Shown piece by piece: positions 20,369 to 31,166 of a DNA stretch of 64,000 bases. Position 1 is the first letter of the stretch; each line of letters opens with the position of its first letter. The position numbers and the translations under genes were made by a program. The notes beneath the pieces are model-generated. The model searched no databases. It was not told the DNA's origin and worked only from the letters and a program-made list of their open reading frames with translations. The stretch covers positions 32,001-96,000 of the forward strand of contig CBDHEC010000024.1 in assembly GCA_965261975.1 (NCBI GenBank). Direction: 5' to 3'. The DNA comes from Alphaproteobacteria bacterium (GTDB lineage: Bacteria > Pseudomonadota > Alphaproteobacteria > UBA6615).

Positions 20369-21106
20369 TCAGGCCGCGCGTTTTGGATCGGGCAGCAGCT
20401 GGTCGTGGCGAAAGGAGAACAGCCCCGCCCGGCCGATCAGATAGACCTTGAACCGGGACGCCAGGAGTCCGGCGATTGCCGGCTCCCGCGCGTTCAACCC
20501 CCCGGCATAGGCCCCGAAGGCCGGCAGGATCAGGCGCCGCCCGTCGGTCGCGAAACAGCGCCCGGAAATCCGGCGGCCCCGCACCCGCACGGCGGCCTTG
20601 GGGTGGTAGTGGCCACAGACCTCCGCCACGGGAATCCCGTTCGCATTGTTTTCCGCCACATCATGGCAAAGGCGAAGATCGCCGATCCGCAGCTCGTCCA
20701 CCGCGGTACCACCCAATGCGGCGGGCGGTTCGGGGTCGTGATTTCCCGCAATCCAGATCCAGTCCTGCTTCTCCACCAGTCGGGAGAGTCGTTGTCGGTC
20801 ACTCTCGGCCATGCGGGCCTCACCGGCGAGGTCATGCAACGTGTCGCCGAGGCAGATCACACGCGCCGGCTGCAGCCGGGCAACGACCCGCTCCAAGCGG
20901 GCCAGCGTCTCGGCGGTGTCATAGGGCGGCAGCAGGCCCTGCCCGCGCGCGGCATAGGCCGAGCCCTTCTCGAAATGCAGGTCGGCCACCAGCAGATCAC
21001 CGCTGTCGCGCAACCAGACAGCGCCCGAATGATCGAGGACGATAGACTGTCCGCCGAGCTTCTCTACGACAGCGGTCGTGGGTCTGGTCTTTGTCCCGGG
21101 CGGCAT
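20369..21106 (-). CDS. pdeM: Ligase-associated DNA damage response endonuclease (metallophosphoesterase PdeM/MPE)
   Basis: ADLHFEKG, LPPYDT, LGD.LHD, GNHDP, GHYHPK, ILPAFGAYAGGLN. Confidence 0.92.
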   Translation of the reverse strand: MPPGTKTRPTTAVVEKLGGQSIVLDHSGAVWLRDSGDLLVADLHFEKGSAYAARGQGLLPPYDTAETLARLERVVARLQPARVICLGDTLHDLAGEARMAESDRQRLSRLVEKQDWIWIAGNHDPEPPAALGGTAVDELRIGDLRLCHDVAENNANGIPVAEVCGHYHPKAAVRVRGRRISGRCFATDGRRLILPAFGAYAGGLNAREPAIAGLLASRFKVYLIGRAGLFSFRHDQLLPDPKRAA

Positions 21107-21219
21107 TGGTATTTGAATCACTCCAGAGAGTGTTGCGGAGCTTCGTTCTCTGGACGCATGCTAGGGTCGAGACCCGAACACAACATTCATTCGGAAGGCA
21201 GTAAAGCATGTGTTGGTAC

Positions 21220-21972
21220 ATGATTCGCCGACTATCAAGGTGGTGTGCGCTCGCTTGCACAACTTTGATGTTCGCCGTCGTCGCTCCGCACACGCCAACA
21301 GCGAAGGCCGAAACCAATCACTACTTCGTCGTGCTCGACGGCACGTGGCTCGCCACCGACTTCGTCTGGTCCGAGATCGAGACCGTATGGCTCGTCGCAG
21401 CAACGATCAAAATCGCAAAAGCCCCACCGCAGAAACTGACCGGACCGGAGATGTTCGCAGCCTTTTGTGCGGAGATCCTGCGCGCGCGCCCGGGCGCACC
21501 AGCCTCGCCCAACAAGGACAACGAAATATTCCGCGTCGACATCAACATCAATGACGCCAATGGCCGGCCGATCACCAAAGTACCCGCACCCATTTCTGTA
21601 AAACAGGGCAAGTGTCAGATCACAGACGGGAACGACAGATTGCTGCCCACCTATCCGGGAAAGCTACAAGGCTGGCAGCTGGCGAATGGCAATGTCCGGC
21701 GAAACGGCGAATCCCACCGCCGGACCATACTTTTTGTGCCGTCCCGGGAGTCTAACGTCAAAGTCGCCGATTTCGATATGGCGCTAGCGTGCAATGCGAC
21801 ACTGAAAGACCCGACCGTCCAGACGCTGCAGAGCAACTTCGAACAAAGGCTCCGGAACGTTACGGTCGAACCGAACATCGTCACGATTTACGCCAAGGAG
21901 CGCGCGACGAAGGGCGTGTATGCACAAATGACCTTCGATACGTCAGATGGGACCTGCGTCGAGTTGAAATAG
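21220..21972 (+). CDS. Hypothetical exported protein with paired cysteines
   Basis: Signal peptide ending AKA, four Cys in the mature part, visibly more A/T-rich codons than its neighbours, antisense between pdeM and lhr. Confidence 0.7.
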   Translation: MIRRLSRWCALACTTLMFAVVAPHTPTAKAETNHYFVVLDGTWLATDFVWSEIETVWLVAATIKIAKAPPQKLTGPEMFAAFCAEILRARPGAPASPNKDNEIFRVDININDANGRPITKVPAPISVKQGKCQITDGNDRLLPTYPGKLQGWQLANGNVRRNGESHRRTILFVPSRESNVKVADFDMALACNATLKDPTVQTLQSNFEQRLRNVTVEPNIVTIYAKERATKGVYAQMTFDTSDGTCVELK

Positions 21973-21997
21973 TCCGACCGCCGGCCTGCTCCGCCAC

Positions 21998-24454
21998 CTA
22001 GGCGGCATCGAAACCAAGCTCCTTCGTTCCCACATTCTCCATGGCCTCGGAGATCAGGTCCTCAGCCTGCTCACCAAGTAGTTCGTCAATCGCCGCGCCA
22101 TAGACACTCTCGCGGCCGATCTCGAGCAGGATGGGCACGGCCAGCGGCGAGACCCGGTCCAGGTGGCGGTGGGTGATGCGTCCGCGCACCCGGGCCAGCA
22201 TGTCCGACAGGCGGCGCACGTCGGTCAGGCCCGAGCCCGCATCCGCGCGGGTCGCACGCAGCAGGATGTGGTTGGGCTCGTGGGAGCGCAGCACGTCGTA
22301 GATCAGGTCCGAGTTGAAGGTCACCTGGCGGCGGGTCTTCTCCTCACCCGGGTGGCGGCGCTGGATCAGCCCGGCGATCACCGCGACGTTGCGGAAGGTG
22401 CGCTTGAGCATGGAGGATTCCGCCATCCACGCCTCCAGGTCGTCGCCCAGCATGTCCTCGTCGAACAGGGCGTCGAGGTCGGCGGCCTCGCAGGACTTGG
22501 TGCTCCACACGCCGATCACATAGTCCGTCGCCACGAAACCGAGCGGCCCCAGCCCGGCCCGCTCCATGCGCCGGGTCAGCAGCATGCCCAGGGTCTGGTG
22601 GGCGTTGCGCCCCTCGAAGCAATAGGCGACCAGGTAATGCTTGTTGGCGCGCGGAAACGTCTCGACCAGCAGCCCGTCGCGCGATGGCAGCACCGAGCGC
22701 CAACGCTGCACATCGAGCCAGTTGGAGACCTGCTCGGGCAAGTCCGCCCAGGTCTTGGGGTCCGACAGGATCATGCGCACCCGGTCGGCCAGGTGGGTCG
22801 ACAGCGGGAAGCGGCCGCCCACATAGGCCGGCACCGCCGGGGCATCGCCCTTGCCCGGCCGGGTGATGACGCTGGTCTCGCGCACCTCGACGAATTCCAG
22901 CAGCCGGCCCGAAAAAACGAAGGTATCGCCGGCGGTCAGGTGGTTGACGAAGCTCTCCTCCACCTCGCCCAGAACCCGGCCCCGGCCAAGCCGGACCTTG
23001 AGCGTCGGCGCTTCGACGATCGTGCCCACGTTCATCCGGTAATCACGCATCGCCGCCTTGGTCGCGATCTCGTAGGTCCCGTTCGATGTGCGGAACAGCC
23101 GCTGAAACTTCTTGTAGCCGCCCAGCGCATAGCCGCCCGTAGCGACGAACTCGAACACGTCGTCGAAATCCTCGCGTGACAGCTCCATATACGGCCCGGC
23201 GGTTCGCACCTGCTCATAAAGTGCTTCGCGGTCGACCGGCCCGGCGCAGGCCGTCCCCAGGACGTGCTGGGCCAGCACGTCGAGCCCGCCAGGGCGGGCG
23301 GGAAGACCATCGAGGGTATGCGCGCGCACCGCGTCGACCGCCGCGCGGCACTCCAGCACCTCGAACCGGTTGGCCGGCACCAGCACCGCCCGGCTCGGGC
23401 TGTCCAGCCGGTGATTGGAACGCCCCACACGCTGCAACAGCCGCGTCGAGCCCTTGGGTGCCCCCACCTGGAGCACCAGGTCAACCGCCGCCCAGTCCAC
23501 CCCCAGGTCGAGCGACGACGTCGCCACGACGGCGTCCAGATCACCCCGCGCCATCGCCGCCTCGACCTTGCGGCGCTGCTCGGGCGCCAGGCTTCCATGA
23601 TGCAGCGCGATGCGCAGGTCATCCTCGTTCATCCGCCAGAGCTCCTGGAAGATGATCTCCGCTTGGGCGCGGGTGTTCACGAAGACGATGGTCGTGCCCG
23701 CATCGCGCAGCTGATCATAGATTTCCGGAATGGCATGGGTGCCCATATGCCCCGACCAGGGCATCTCGACGGCGCTCTCCAGCACCTCGATCCGCGGTTC
23801 CGCACCGCTTTCGCCCAGGACCAGCGACACGTCGTCGACGTCACGGGTCGGCGACAGCCAACGCCGCAGCCGGTCGGGTTCCGCCACCGTCGCGCTCAGG
23901 CCGACCCGGCGCGCGTTGGGGGCCAAGTCCGTCAGGCGGGACAGGCCCAGCGCCAGAAGATCGCCGCGCTTGTTATCCTCCAGCGCATGTAGTTCATCGA
24001 CGATCACGCAACGCAGGTTCGCAAAAATTTCCGGTGCGTCCTCGTAGGACAGCAGCAGGGCCAGGCTTTCGGGCGTGGTCATCAGCATCTGCGGCGGCGT
24101 TCGGCGCTGGCGCTGGCGTTTCGACTGCGGGGTATCGCCGGTGCGGGTCTCGGCCCGGATCGGAAGGTTCATTTCCGCGATGGGCAGCTCGAGATTGCGG
24201 TGGATGTCCACGGCCAGCGCCTTCAGCGGCGAGATATACAGCGTGTGCAGGCCGTCGGGCGGCGGATCGGCGGTGATCAGGTCGACCAGGCTCGGCAGGA
24301 AGCCGGCGAGGGTCTTGCCGCCGCCGGTGGGCGCGATCAGCAGCGCCGAGCACCCGGCTGCCGCGGCGTCGAGCATCGCCAGCTGGTGGGGGTGCGGCGC
24401 CCAGCCGCGGGCGGCGAACCAGTCGGCGAGCGCGGGCGGCAGCTTGTTACACAT
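21998..24454 (-). CDS. lhr: Ligase-associated DEXH-box helicase (Lhr-core)
   Basis: PTGGGKT, YISPLKAL, TTPESL, VDELH, LSAT, HHGSL, QRVGRSNH, FEGRNAHQTL. Confidence 0.93.
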   Translation of the reverse strand: MCNKLPPALADWFAARGWAPHPHQLAMLDAAAAGCSALLIAPTGGGKTLAGFLPSLVDLITADPPPDGLHTLYISPLKALAVDIHRNLELPIAEMNLPIRAETRTGDTPQSKRQRQRRTPPQMLMTTPESLALLLSYEDAPEIFANLRCVIVDELHALEDNKRGDLLALGLSRLTDLAPNARRVGLSATVAEPDRLRRWLSPTRDVDDVSLVLGESGAEPRIEVLESAVEMPWSGHMGTHAIPEIYDQLRDAGTTIVFVNTRAQAEIIFQELWRMNEDDLRIALHHGSLAPEQRRKVEAAMARGDLDAVVATSSLDLGVDWAAVDLVLQVGAPKGSTRLLQRVGRSNHRLDSPSRAVLVPANRFEVLECRAAVDAVRAHTLDGLPARPGGLDVLAQHVLGTACAGPVDREALYEQVRTAGPYMELSREDFDDVFEFVATGGYALGGYKKFQRLFRTSNGTYEIATKAAMRDYRMNVGTIVEAPTLKVRLGRGRVLGEVEESFVNHLTAGDTFVFSGRLLEFVEVRETSVITRPGKGDAPAVPAYVGGRFPLSTHLADRVRMILSDPKTWADLPEQVSNWLDVQRWRSVLPSRDGLLVETFPRANKHYLVAYCFEGRNAHQTLGMLLTRRMERAGLGPLGFVATDYVIGVWSTKSCEAADLDALFDEDMLGDDLEAWMAESSMLKRTFRNVAVIAGLIQRRHPGEEKTRRQVTFNSDLIYDVLRSHEPNHILLRATRADAGSGLTDVRRLSDMLARVRGRITHRHLDRVSPLAVPILLEIGRESVYGAAIDELLGEQAEDLISEAMENVGTKELGFDAA

Positions 24455-24487
24455 GAGTCAGCCCGGAATCGCCGTGTCGCATCCGTC

Positions 24488-24895
24488 TCAGCCGAACGCC
24501 CGGCGCAGATCCGCACAGCGCGCGTCCAGCGCGTCGCCCCCGTAGGCCTCGGCCGGGACCACGCCCCAGATCGAGTTCGGCCATGCCGCGTCGGTCGTAA
24601 AGCGCGCGACCACATGGATATGCAGCTGGGGCACCATGTTGCCCAGCGCCGCGACGTTGACCTTGTCGGGCGCGAACAGATCCACAAGCGCCTCGCTGGC
24701 CCGGCTGATCTCGCGGCCCGCCGTGACCATGTCGTCGGGCGAGAGGTCATGGAAATCGCGCAGATCAGGGCGCGCGGGTACCAGCACCAGCCAGGGATAG
24801 TTGGCGTCGTTGAGCAACAGCACCTCGCATAGCGGCCAAGTTGCGACGGGGACGGTATCGGCGGCAAGCTGGGGGTGGAGTTCGAAGTCGGGCAT
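24488..24895 (-). CDS. HIT family nucleotide hydrolase
   Basis: FELHPQLAADT, YPWLVLVP, KVNVAALGNMVPQLHIHVVAR. Confidence 0.9.
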   Translation of the reverse strand: MPDFELHPQLAADTVPVATWPLCEVLLLNDANYPWLVLVPARPDLRDFHDLSPDDMVTAGREISRASEALVDLFAPDKVNVAALGNMVPQLHIHVVARFTTDAAWPNSIWGVVPAEAYGGDALDARCADLRRAFG

Positions 24896-25019
24896 GACAC
24901 GCGTTCTTTTCGGGTTCGGGGCTCGACAGTCTAGCGCGATCCGCTTGCCGCCTCACCCGGCTAGTGCAGACGGGCCGCCTGGTGCAAACTCGAACGGCCA
25001 AATCGAAGAGAGAAACGTC

Positions 25020-26015
25020 ATGAAAGCCGCCTGGTATGAAGAACTCGGCCCCGCCCGTGAGGTCCTGACGTTCGGTGAGATGGACTCCCCCGATCCGGGC
25101 CCCGGCGAGGTGCGCGTAAAGCTCCACGCGTCGGGCGTGAACCCGGCCGACGTGAAGCGCCGGGGGCTGGGCACCTACGGGATGGAGCATCCGCGCATCA
25201 TCCCCAACAGCGACGGCGCGGGGGTCATCGACGCGCTGGGCGACGGGGTGACGGGCCTGGCGGCCGGACAGCGCGTCTGGCTGTTCAACGGCCAGCGGCA
25301 GGGCCGCGCGTTCGGCACTGCGGCGGAATACATCACCCTCGCGTCGTGGCTTGTGGCCCCGCTGCCCGACGGTCTCAGCTTCGACGAAGGGGCATGCCTG
25401 GGCATCCCCTGCATGACCGGCCATCACAATGTGTTCTCCGACGGGCCGGTTGCCGGCAAGACGGTCCTGGTCACCGGCGGCGCGGGCGCGGTCGGCCACT
25501 ACGCCGTGCAATGGGCGAACTGGGGTGGCGCGACGGTGATTGCAACGGTCAGCTCGGACGCGAAGGCCGCTCACGCGATCGCCGGCGGCGCGCATCACAC
25601 GATCAATTATCGCGACCCCGGCGCGGCCGACCAGATCCTGGAACTGACGGACGGCAACGGTGTTGGCCGAATTGTCGAGGTCGATCTGGCCGCAAATCTC
25701 GATCTGACGTCCAAAGTCCTTGCCACCGGCGGCACGATCTCGGTCTACGCCACCACGGGCGATCCGAAGAATCTCATGCTGCGCATGGCGCTGCGCAACG
25801 CGATCATCCGGTTCATGGTCCTCCACAGCGTACCGCGCACGGCAATCGATGCCGCGCGCGCCGACATCGTCAAATGGCTGGCCGAGGGGCACGGGCTGCA
25901 TACGATCGCCCGGACCTTCCCGCTGGACCAATGCGTGGCGGCCCATGAGTTCGTGGAATCGGGCGACAAGCTGGGTACGGTGGTTGTCAGGCCCGCCGAA
26001 TGGAACAGAAGCTGA
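25020..26015 (+). CDS. NADPH:quinone reductase (zeta-crystallin-like MDR)
   Basis: SGVNPAD, PNSDGAG, GTAAEY, VLVTGGAGAVG; start at ATG 25020. Confidence 0.9.
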   Translation: MKAAWYEELGPAREVLTFGEMDSPDPGPGEVRVKLHASGVNPADVKRRGLGTYGMEHPRIIPNSDGAGVIDALGDGVTGLAAGQRVWLFNGQRQGRAFGTAAEYITLASWLVAPLPDGLSFDEGACLGIPCMTGHHNVFSDGPVAGKTVLVTGGAGAVGHYAVQWANWGGATVIATVSSDAKAAHAIAGGAHHTINYRDPGAADQILELTDGNGVGRIVEVDLAANLDLTSKVLATGGTISVYATTGDPKNLMLRMALRNAIIRFMVLHSVPRTAIDAARADIVKWLAEGHGLHTIARTFPLDQCVAAHEFVESGDKLGTVVVRPAEWNRS

Positions 26016-26029
26016 GCAAGGAACATGGT

Positions 26030-26731
26030 ATGTCGACGAAGATCACGCGTTCCGAATGGGCGGTACTGGCAGCGACACTGGCCTATATAGCAGGGTTCGC
26101 TGCGGTATTTCTGTCGACGGGAAACCGCGAATTCCTCTGGTACATCATCACGCTGCTGATACTTGTCGCGCTTGTCGGCGTCGGCCAGCGCAAGGCGGCC
26201 TTTCCTCCGGCGATACTCTGGTCACTTTCCCTGTGGGGTTTCCTCCACATGGCCGGCGGCGGGACCCCGGTCGGTGAAACCGTGCTCTACGGCCATGTGA
26301 TCATGCCGATCCTCCAGGCCGGCGAGATCGTGATGCTGCGCTATGACCAACTGGTCCATTTCTATGGCTTCGGCATCACCGCCTGGCTGCTTTGGCATCT
26401 GCTGCGGCGGCATTTCCCGGAGATGAACGGCAGCGCGAGCATCTATGTATTCGCCGTGCTCGGCAGCATGGGCCTCGGGGCGGTGAATGAGATCATCGAG
26501 TTTGCAGCCGTCATCATGTTTCCCCAGACCAACGTCGGCGGCTATGTGAACACCGCACTCGACCTCGTCTTCAATGAGATCATCGAGTTTGCAGCCGTCA
26601 TCATGTTTCCCCAGACCAACGTCGGCGGCTATGTGAACACCGCACTCGACCTCGTCTTCAACGCCGCGGGCGCCATCACGGCCATGATCGTCGCGGCGAT
26701 CGTCGCCCCGACACCTGCAAATTCCGCATAG
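26030..26731 (+). CDS. Integral membrane protein, DUF2238-like, carrying an internal 29-aa duplication
   Basis: Multiple TM helices; HMAGG, RYDQLVHFYG, NEIIEF and NTALDL motifs. Confidence 0.75.
   Translation: MSTKITRSEWAVLAATLAYIAGFAAVFLSTGNREFLWYIITLLILVALVGVGQRKAAFPPAILWSLSLWGFLHMAGGGTPVGETVLYGHVIMPILQAGEIVMLRYDQLVHFYGFGITAWLLWHLLRRHFPEMNGSASIYVFAVLGSMGLGAVNEIIEFAAVIMFPQTNVGGYVNTALDLVFNEIIEFAAVIMFPQTNVGGYVNTALDLVFNAAGAITAMIVAAIVAPTPANSA
26486..26661 (+). repeat. Perfect 87-bp tandem duplication (2 copies plus 2 nt)
   Basis: 26486-26572 is identical to 26573-26659 and encodes NEIIEFAAVIMFPQTNVGGYVNTALDLVF twice, in frame. Confidence 0.97.
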
Positions 26732-26864
26732 GGTTCTGCCAACGCCGGCAAACACACCGGATGGGTTGCCAAACACTCACGGTTTTGTGACATAAAGAAC
26801 CAAGTGGGGAGGCACCGGAATCACGGGTGCCAATGACACCCGCAGTCTTTGCGGAGGTTTTACG

Positions 26865-27803
26865 TTGAGTATTGTTTTCGAAGGGGGCGCCAACGCCATC
26901 ACGGGCGACGGCAGACGACGAGGGTTCGTCGGTTACACGCTGACATTTCTGCTCTGGCCAGGCATCCTCGCCGCTTGTCTCTACGGTACCTGGCTCGGCT
27001 TCGAGGCCGGCCATTCCGCGATCTATTTCAACATCACCTACCTGTTGCTGGCGCTCTGCCTGTTCACGCTCGAACGCATACTACCCCATGAGCGCAACTG
27101 GCTGGCAAATGACGGCCAGATCGGCCCGGACCTCGCTCACACGCTCCTGAACAAGGGCTTCGCCCAGGTCCTCGTCGTGGTTGGCGTGACCATCGGGATC
27201 GCAGAGGTCGCGGCCAGCAAGGGCGGCGGTTTCTGGCCCGGCGACTGGCCGTTGGCGCTGCAGATCATCCTCGGCATGGTCATCGCCGAGGCCGGCATGT
27301 ACACGGCCCATCGCGTCGCCCATGAATGGTCACTGCTCTGGCGCTTCCACGCCGTCCACCATAGTGCCCCGCGACTGTGGTTCTTCAACACCGGACGCTT
27401 TCATGTGGTCGACACGGTGGCCAGCATCCTGCTGAGCCAGCCGCTGCTTTTTCTCGCCGGCGCGCCGTCCGAAGTCTTCATCTGGGTGAACTCGATCACC
27501 GCTTTCATCGGCATGCTGACCCACTGCAATATCGAGATGCGGTTCGGCCCGTTGAACTATGTGTTCAACACACCCGCGGTGCATCGCTGGCACCATTCGC
27601 GCATTCCCGCCGAAGGCAACAGCAACTACGGCGAGAACCTGATGCTGTACGATGTTCTCCTGCGGACATTCTACTGCCCTGACCGGCGCCCGCCCGCCGA
27701 CATCGGGATCGACGGCCCCATGCCCACCAGCTTCGCGGGCCAGGTCGCACAACCCTTCCGGCGCAACCAGGCAGCGGTCCCGTCCACACCGGACGACAAG
27801 TAA
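26865..27803 (+). CDS. Sterol desaturase / fatty acid hydroxylase family di-iron membrane enzyme
   Basis: His boxes HRVAH, HAVHHS, LTHCN, HRWHHS, plus NYG; TTG start after GGAGG. Confidence 0.9.
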   Translation: MSIVFEGGANAITGDGRRRGFVGYTLTFLLWPGILAACLYGTWLGFEAGHSAIYFNITYLLLALCLFTLERILPHERNWLANDGQIGPDLAHTLLNKGFAQVLVVVGVTIGIAEVAASKGGGFWPGDWPLALQIILGMVIAEAGMYTAHRVAHEWSLLWRFHAVHHSAPRLWFFNTGRFHVVDTVASILLSQPLLFLAGAPSEVFIWVNSITAFIGMLTHCNIEMRFGPLNYVFNTPAVHRWHHSRIPAEGNSNYGENLMLYDVLLRTFYCPDRRPPADIGIDGPMPTSFAGQVAQPFRRNQAAVPSTPDDK

Positions 27804-27857
27804 CCCGTTTCACGCGGCATCATGGACCGCGACACGCCGCCCGATTCTTGCGCGATG

Positions 27858-29108
27858 TCACCGCCGGTCCGGGCGATAGATCAGCATCCAGGCGAAGGCC
27901 GAGACCTGCAGGGCGAGGGCCACGCCGAACGCTGCGCGATATCCCATTACTGAATAGGCGCCGTCGGCGGCCACGGGCCAGAGGTTGATCACCTCACCCA
28001 TGCCCCATTGCAGGGCGAACGCCGCCCCGAAGATCAGCAGGTTCTGGGCCGTGCTGGCCCGACCCGCCAGCTCGGGCGGAAACATGCGCGCGAGGACGGA
28101 GAACATGACCACGCCGGTGGTCCCGGTCGCACCGAAGATGAACCAGAGAAAGCCCGGCGCGGACGTCCACTCGAACAGCACCAACAGCTGGACCAGGATA
28201 AACATCGCCATGCCACCCGCCGCGGTCACCAGCGGCGGAATGTTTCGCCGCGCCAATCGCTCGGCGACAAGTCCCACGACCACGTTGCCGAGCACGAAGC
28301 CCGCAGCACCGGCCAGCAGGGTAAAGCTGACCGTCCAGGAATCCAGACCTGCGATGTCGCGCAACCACGGCCCCGCCCACAATGTCTGGATGGCGAGGAA
28401 GCCGCCCTGGGACAGGGCGGCCAGCGGTGCGACCCGCCAGAACAAGCCGCTGCGGTAGATGGAGACCATGCCCGAAATACGCGATGCCATGGGCTCCGAC
28501 GCCCCGGCGCGTTCGCGTTCGGGCGCCACGAACCAGATCGCCACCGCGACCACGAGGGTGGCCAGCGCCAGCGCGACGAAGCCGTAACGCCAGCCGACCT
28601 CGGACACGAGCGCCTCCGTCGGCGCCGTCGCGACCATGGCCCCCAGCCCGCCGAAGGCGACGATCAAGCCATTCATGAAAGGCAGCTTGTCGCCGGGGAA
28701 CCACTCGCTCATCGCCTTGAAGGCCCCCATCAGGCAGGCCGCGACACCGAGCCCGATCAGGGCGCGGCCCAGCACCAGGCCCCACAACCCCTCGCCGATC
28801 GAGAACAGGAAGGCCCCGATGGCGGCGACCAGCAGCAGCGCGGTCACGACCCGGCGCGGGCCGTGGCTGTCGAGATAAATGCCGACCGGGATCTGGGCCG
28901 CGGCGAAGGCGATGAAGTAGGCGCTGGTGAGCATGCCCAGCTGGCCCGGTGACAACGACATCTCGAGCGCCAGGTCGGGACCGATCACCGCGTTCACGGT
29001 GCGGTAAAGATAGGAAAAGAAGTAGCCCAGCGCGAAGGGCAGGAAGATCACCGCAAACAAGCGCACGGTGGGCGGCCGGTCGCCCGCCCGGGTCTGGATA
29101 TCTGCCAT
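27858..29108 (-). CDS. MFS transporter
   Basis: About 12 TM helices, motif A-like GIYLDSHGPRR, GRALIGLG. Confidence 0.9.
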   Translation of the reverse strand: MADIQTRAGDRPPTVRLFAVIFLPFALGYFFSYLYRTVNAVIGPDLALEMSLSPGQLGMLTSAYFIAFAAAQIPVGIYLDSHGPRRVVTALLLVAAIGAFLFSIGEGLWGLVLGRALIGLGVAACLMGAFKAMSEWFPGDKLPFMNGLIVAFGGLGAMVATAPTEALVSEVGWRYGFVALALATLVVAVAIWFVAPERERAGASEPMASRISGMVSIYRSGLFWRVAPLAALSQGGFLAIQTLWAGPWLRDIAGLDSWTVSFTLLAGAAGFVLGNVVVGLVAERLARRNIPPLVTAAGGMAMFILVQLLVLFEWTSAPGFLWFIFGATGTTGVVMFSVLARMFPPELAGRASTAQNLLIFGAAFALQWGMGEVINLWPVAADGAYSVMGYRAAFGVALALQVSAFAWMLIYRPDRR

Positions 29109-29888
29109 CTAGCTGCCGCGAAACTTGGGCTTTTCGCGCGCCTTGAACGCGTTGTACCCGATCATGTAGTCCTCGCTGTCGGCATAATCGAACTGGGCCT
29201 CGAGCTCGGCCCGGCTCAGGGGCCGCGGATCGGCCAGCCGCGCGAGCGCGGCCCGGTGATAGCGGTGGGACAGCGGCGCGCCGTCGGCGATCCGCCGCGC
29301 GGCCTTCATGACCTCGTCTTCCAGCTCGGCATCGGGCACGACCCGGGTCAACAGGTTCTTCGTCAATGCCTCATCGGCCGAAATGGCCCGGCCCTCAAGC
29401 AGGATCTCGGCGGCCACGGCGCGACCGCCGGCATCGACCAGATACTGGACCAGGTGGTAGCCGAGGAAGAGCCCGATATTCTTGGCCGGGACACCGAACC
29501 GGCCCGACTCGCCCGAGATACGCAGATCGGCTGCCAGCGCCAGCTCAAAACCGCCGCCGATGCAAAACCCATGGATCATCGCGATGACCGGGTGGCGTGA
29601 ATTACGCACGCCCAGGAAGGCACGGTCGGTGGCGGCCTCATAGGCCTTCACCTTCTTTCGGTCGGATCGCTCGGCCTCGAAATTGGTGATGTCCGCGCCG
29701 GCACAGAACGCCTCCTCGCCCGCACCGCGCAGGATGATGCAACGCACATCATCGTCCTCACCCAGCGCATCGATGGCGTCGCCCACGGCGACCCAGTCTT
29801 CCTGGCGCAGCGCGTTGCGCTTCTCGGTGCGGTGAAGGGACACGATGGCGATATCGTCGCGGCGCTCGACCTTAACGGTGTCGGACAT
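29109..29888 (-). CDS. Enoyl-CoA hydratase/isomerase (crotonase) family protein
   Basis: KRNAL, AFCAGADI, GFCIGGGFELALAADLR; the second catalytic Glu position is Ala (GVPAKNIG). Confidence 0.88.
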   Translation of the reverse strand: MSDTVKVERRDDIAIVSLHRTEKRNALRQEDWVAVGDAIDALGEDDDVRCIILRGAGEEAFCAGADITNFEAERSDRKKVKAYEAATDRAFLGVRNSRHPVIAMIHGFCIGGGFELALAADLRISGESGRFGVPAKNIGLFLGYHLVQYLVDAGGRAVAAEILLEGRAISADEALTKNLLTRVVPDAELEDEVMKAARRIADGAPLSHRYHRAALARLADPRPLSRAELEAQFDYADSEDYMIGYNAFKAREKPKFRGS

Positions 29889-29970
29889 GGGGTTCTCACT
29901 TTTTGAGGGCAACTGCCCGGCGAACGGGCCCGTAGTATCGCGCAATTCAAGCCGGGTTGCGAGGCACGCG

Positions 29971-31107
<1,137 letters not shown>

Positions 31108-31133
31108 TACTGTCTCTCAATCACTCTCGCCCG

Positions 31134-31166
31134 CTTGACATTTGCCGGGCGCAAACCGTTATAACA
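31134..31166 (+). promoter_or_regulatory. Putative sigma70 promoter for hisI overlapping a GTTATAAC palindrome (possible Zur box core)
   Basis: CTTGACA at 31134-31140 and GTTATAAC at 31158-31165 in the divergent COG0523/hisI gap; the -35/-10 spacing is slightly long. Confidence 0.5.

Noticed and set aside
26486-26661. 87-bp repeat as a CRISPR or mobile-element repeat
   Set aside because: Two abutting copies with no spacer, in frame within a CDS, and no cas or transposase gene nearby.
26833-26868. 11-codon uORF (MTPAVFAEVLR) overlapping the desaturase TTG start
   Set aside because: No properly spaced RBS and no regulatory codon pattern; likely chance.
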